Positions 63,012 to 64,000 of a stretch of DNA of 64,000 nucleotides are shown here, piece by piece (the stretch's first letter is position 1; each line of letters begins with the position of its first letter). Both the position numbers and the translations under genes were made by a program. Below the pieces are notes generated by a model. The model was given only the letters and a program-made list of their open reading frames with translations. It was not told the origin of the DNA and searched no databases. The stretch spans positions 2,728,001 through 2,792,000 of the forward strand of contig NC_087246.1 in assembly GCF_037042905.1 (NCBI RefSeq), read 5' to 3'. Source of the stretch: Lytechinus pictus. Taxonomy: Eukaryota.

Positions 63012-63466
63012 TAGACCAAAAGCTTCAGTCTCTGTTATGTTGGTCGTTCAGCTGAACTCCGTTGGCTTCACTCACCAAATACAGAGACCGAAGTTCTAGC
63101 GCGATCTGTACAGGGGACTCACTGGCCATATGTTTATGTACTTAAGAGAGCTGAGAGGATAAAACGGGGAAGTGAATTTGCGCGACAGCCAAGGTAAGTC
63201 ACTGTTTTTGTTCCTTTTAACTTGATTTTTCTCTGTTTTTTGGCAATTAATGCCAAGAGGGAATATTAATTTGCATTTTGGTCGCGTTAATTTTCAAAAA
63301 TTTTATTCATTAAAGACAAAAATTGAAGAGCCCCGACGGGGGGATTTTGCATTGCAAGTCCCCTAATGGTGGCTGCACGCTAGCGAGCCGTCTGTGTATG
63401 AGGAGAAATAAAAAAAATTAAAAAATGTTTAAAAACTCCTCGAAACAGACGGCTGCCAGCTGTCTA
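63012..63466 (+). mobile_element. Non-autonomous TAG...CTA element (B), AcademH-like, flanked by the 9-bp repeat
   Basis: TAGAC...GTCTA termini; separate subterminal hairpin at each end; GGTCGAACG on both sides. Confidence 0.75.
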
Positions 63467-63475
63467 GGTCGAACG

Positions 63476-63920
63476 TAGACAGCTGGCAGCCGTCTGTTTT
63501 GAGGAGTTTTTTAACATTTTTTTTTTTAAAGTTCTCCTCATACACAGACGGCTCGCTAGCGTGCAGCCACCATTAGGGGACTTGCAATGCAAAATCCCCC
63601 CGTCGGGGCTCTTCAATTTTTGTCTTTAATCAATAAACATTTTGAAAATTAATGCGACCAAAATGCAAATTGATATTCCCTCTTGGCATTAATTGCCAAG
63701 AAACGGTGAAAAATCGAGTTAAAAGGAACAAAAACAGTGACTTACCTCGGCTGTCGCGCAAATTCACTTCCCCGTTTTATCCGATCTTAAGTACATAAAC
63801 ATATGGCCATTGAGTCCCCTGTACAGATCGCGCTAGAACTTCGGTCTCTGTATTTGGTGAGTGAAGCCAACGGAGTTCAGCTGAACAACCAACATAACAG
63901 AGACCGAAGCTTTTGGTCTA
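63476..63920 (-). mobile_element. Second, inverted and slightly diverged copy of element B (B')
   Basis: Reverse complement of 63012-63466 with scattered substitutions and indels; GGTCGAACG on both sides. Confidence 0.75.
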
Positions 63921-64000
63921 GGTCGAACGTTGCGTTGCTTTTGCCGCGCCGAAAAATCTCCCAAAAAGTTCCGTCTCCTTGCCTGATTTGAGCAACAGAA

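Noticed and set aside
62938-63929. True CRISPR array
   Set aside because: The repeat is only 9 bp, the spacers are 56-455 bp TIR elements, there are no cas genes and the context is eukaryotic; better explained as shared target-site duplications.

Overview
AT-rich, intron-containing animal genomic DNA. The repeat families suggest an echinoderm, probably a sea urchin (inference). Two convergent multi-exon genes can be assembled by hand with consistent splice phases. (1) A complete 9-exon GDPD1/GDPD3-type lysophospholipase D (+, 38611-46458, 311 aa) with one GC-AG intron and a Gly in place of the conserved NxDxK lysine. (2) An 11-exon diflavin (FMN/FAD/NADPH) reductase (-, 62026-48649, about 586 aa; 5' end outside the window) whose motifs resemble bacterial sulfite-reductase flavoprotein CysJ more than animal POR/NDOR1/MTRR/NOS. 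The rest is dense with transposons: Tc1/mariner-type, TTAA-flanked Kolobok/T2-type and Harbinger-like MITEs, tRNA-derived SINEs, nested L2/CR1 LINEs, an RTE LINE, a young LINE with a perfect 71-bp flanking duplication, and a decayed Academ transposase. The most unusual structures are (a) an array at 62938-63929 in which one 9-mer (GGTCGAACG) occurs four times separating three TA-terminated elements, consistent with repeated site-specific stacking of AcademH-like transposons, and (b) a minimal type I hammerhead ribozyme at 23791-23833. The first 29 kb has no intact gene, only possible relics of a decayed receptor gene. All calls were made by eye without database searches.
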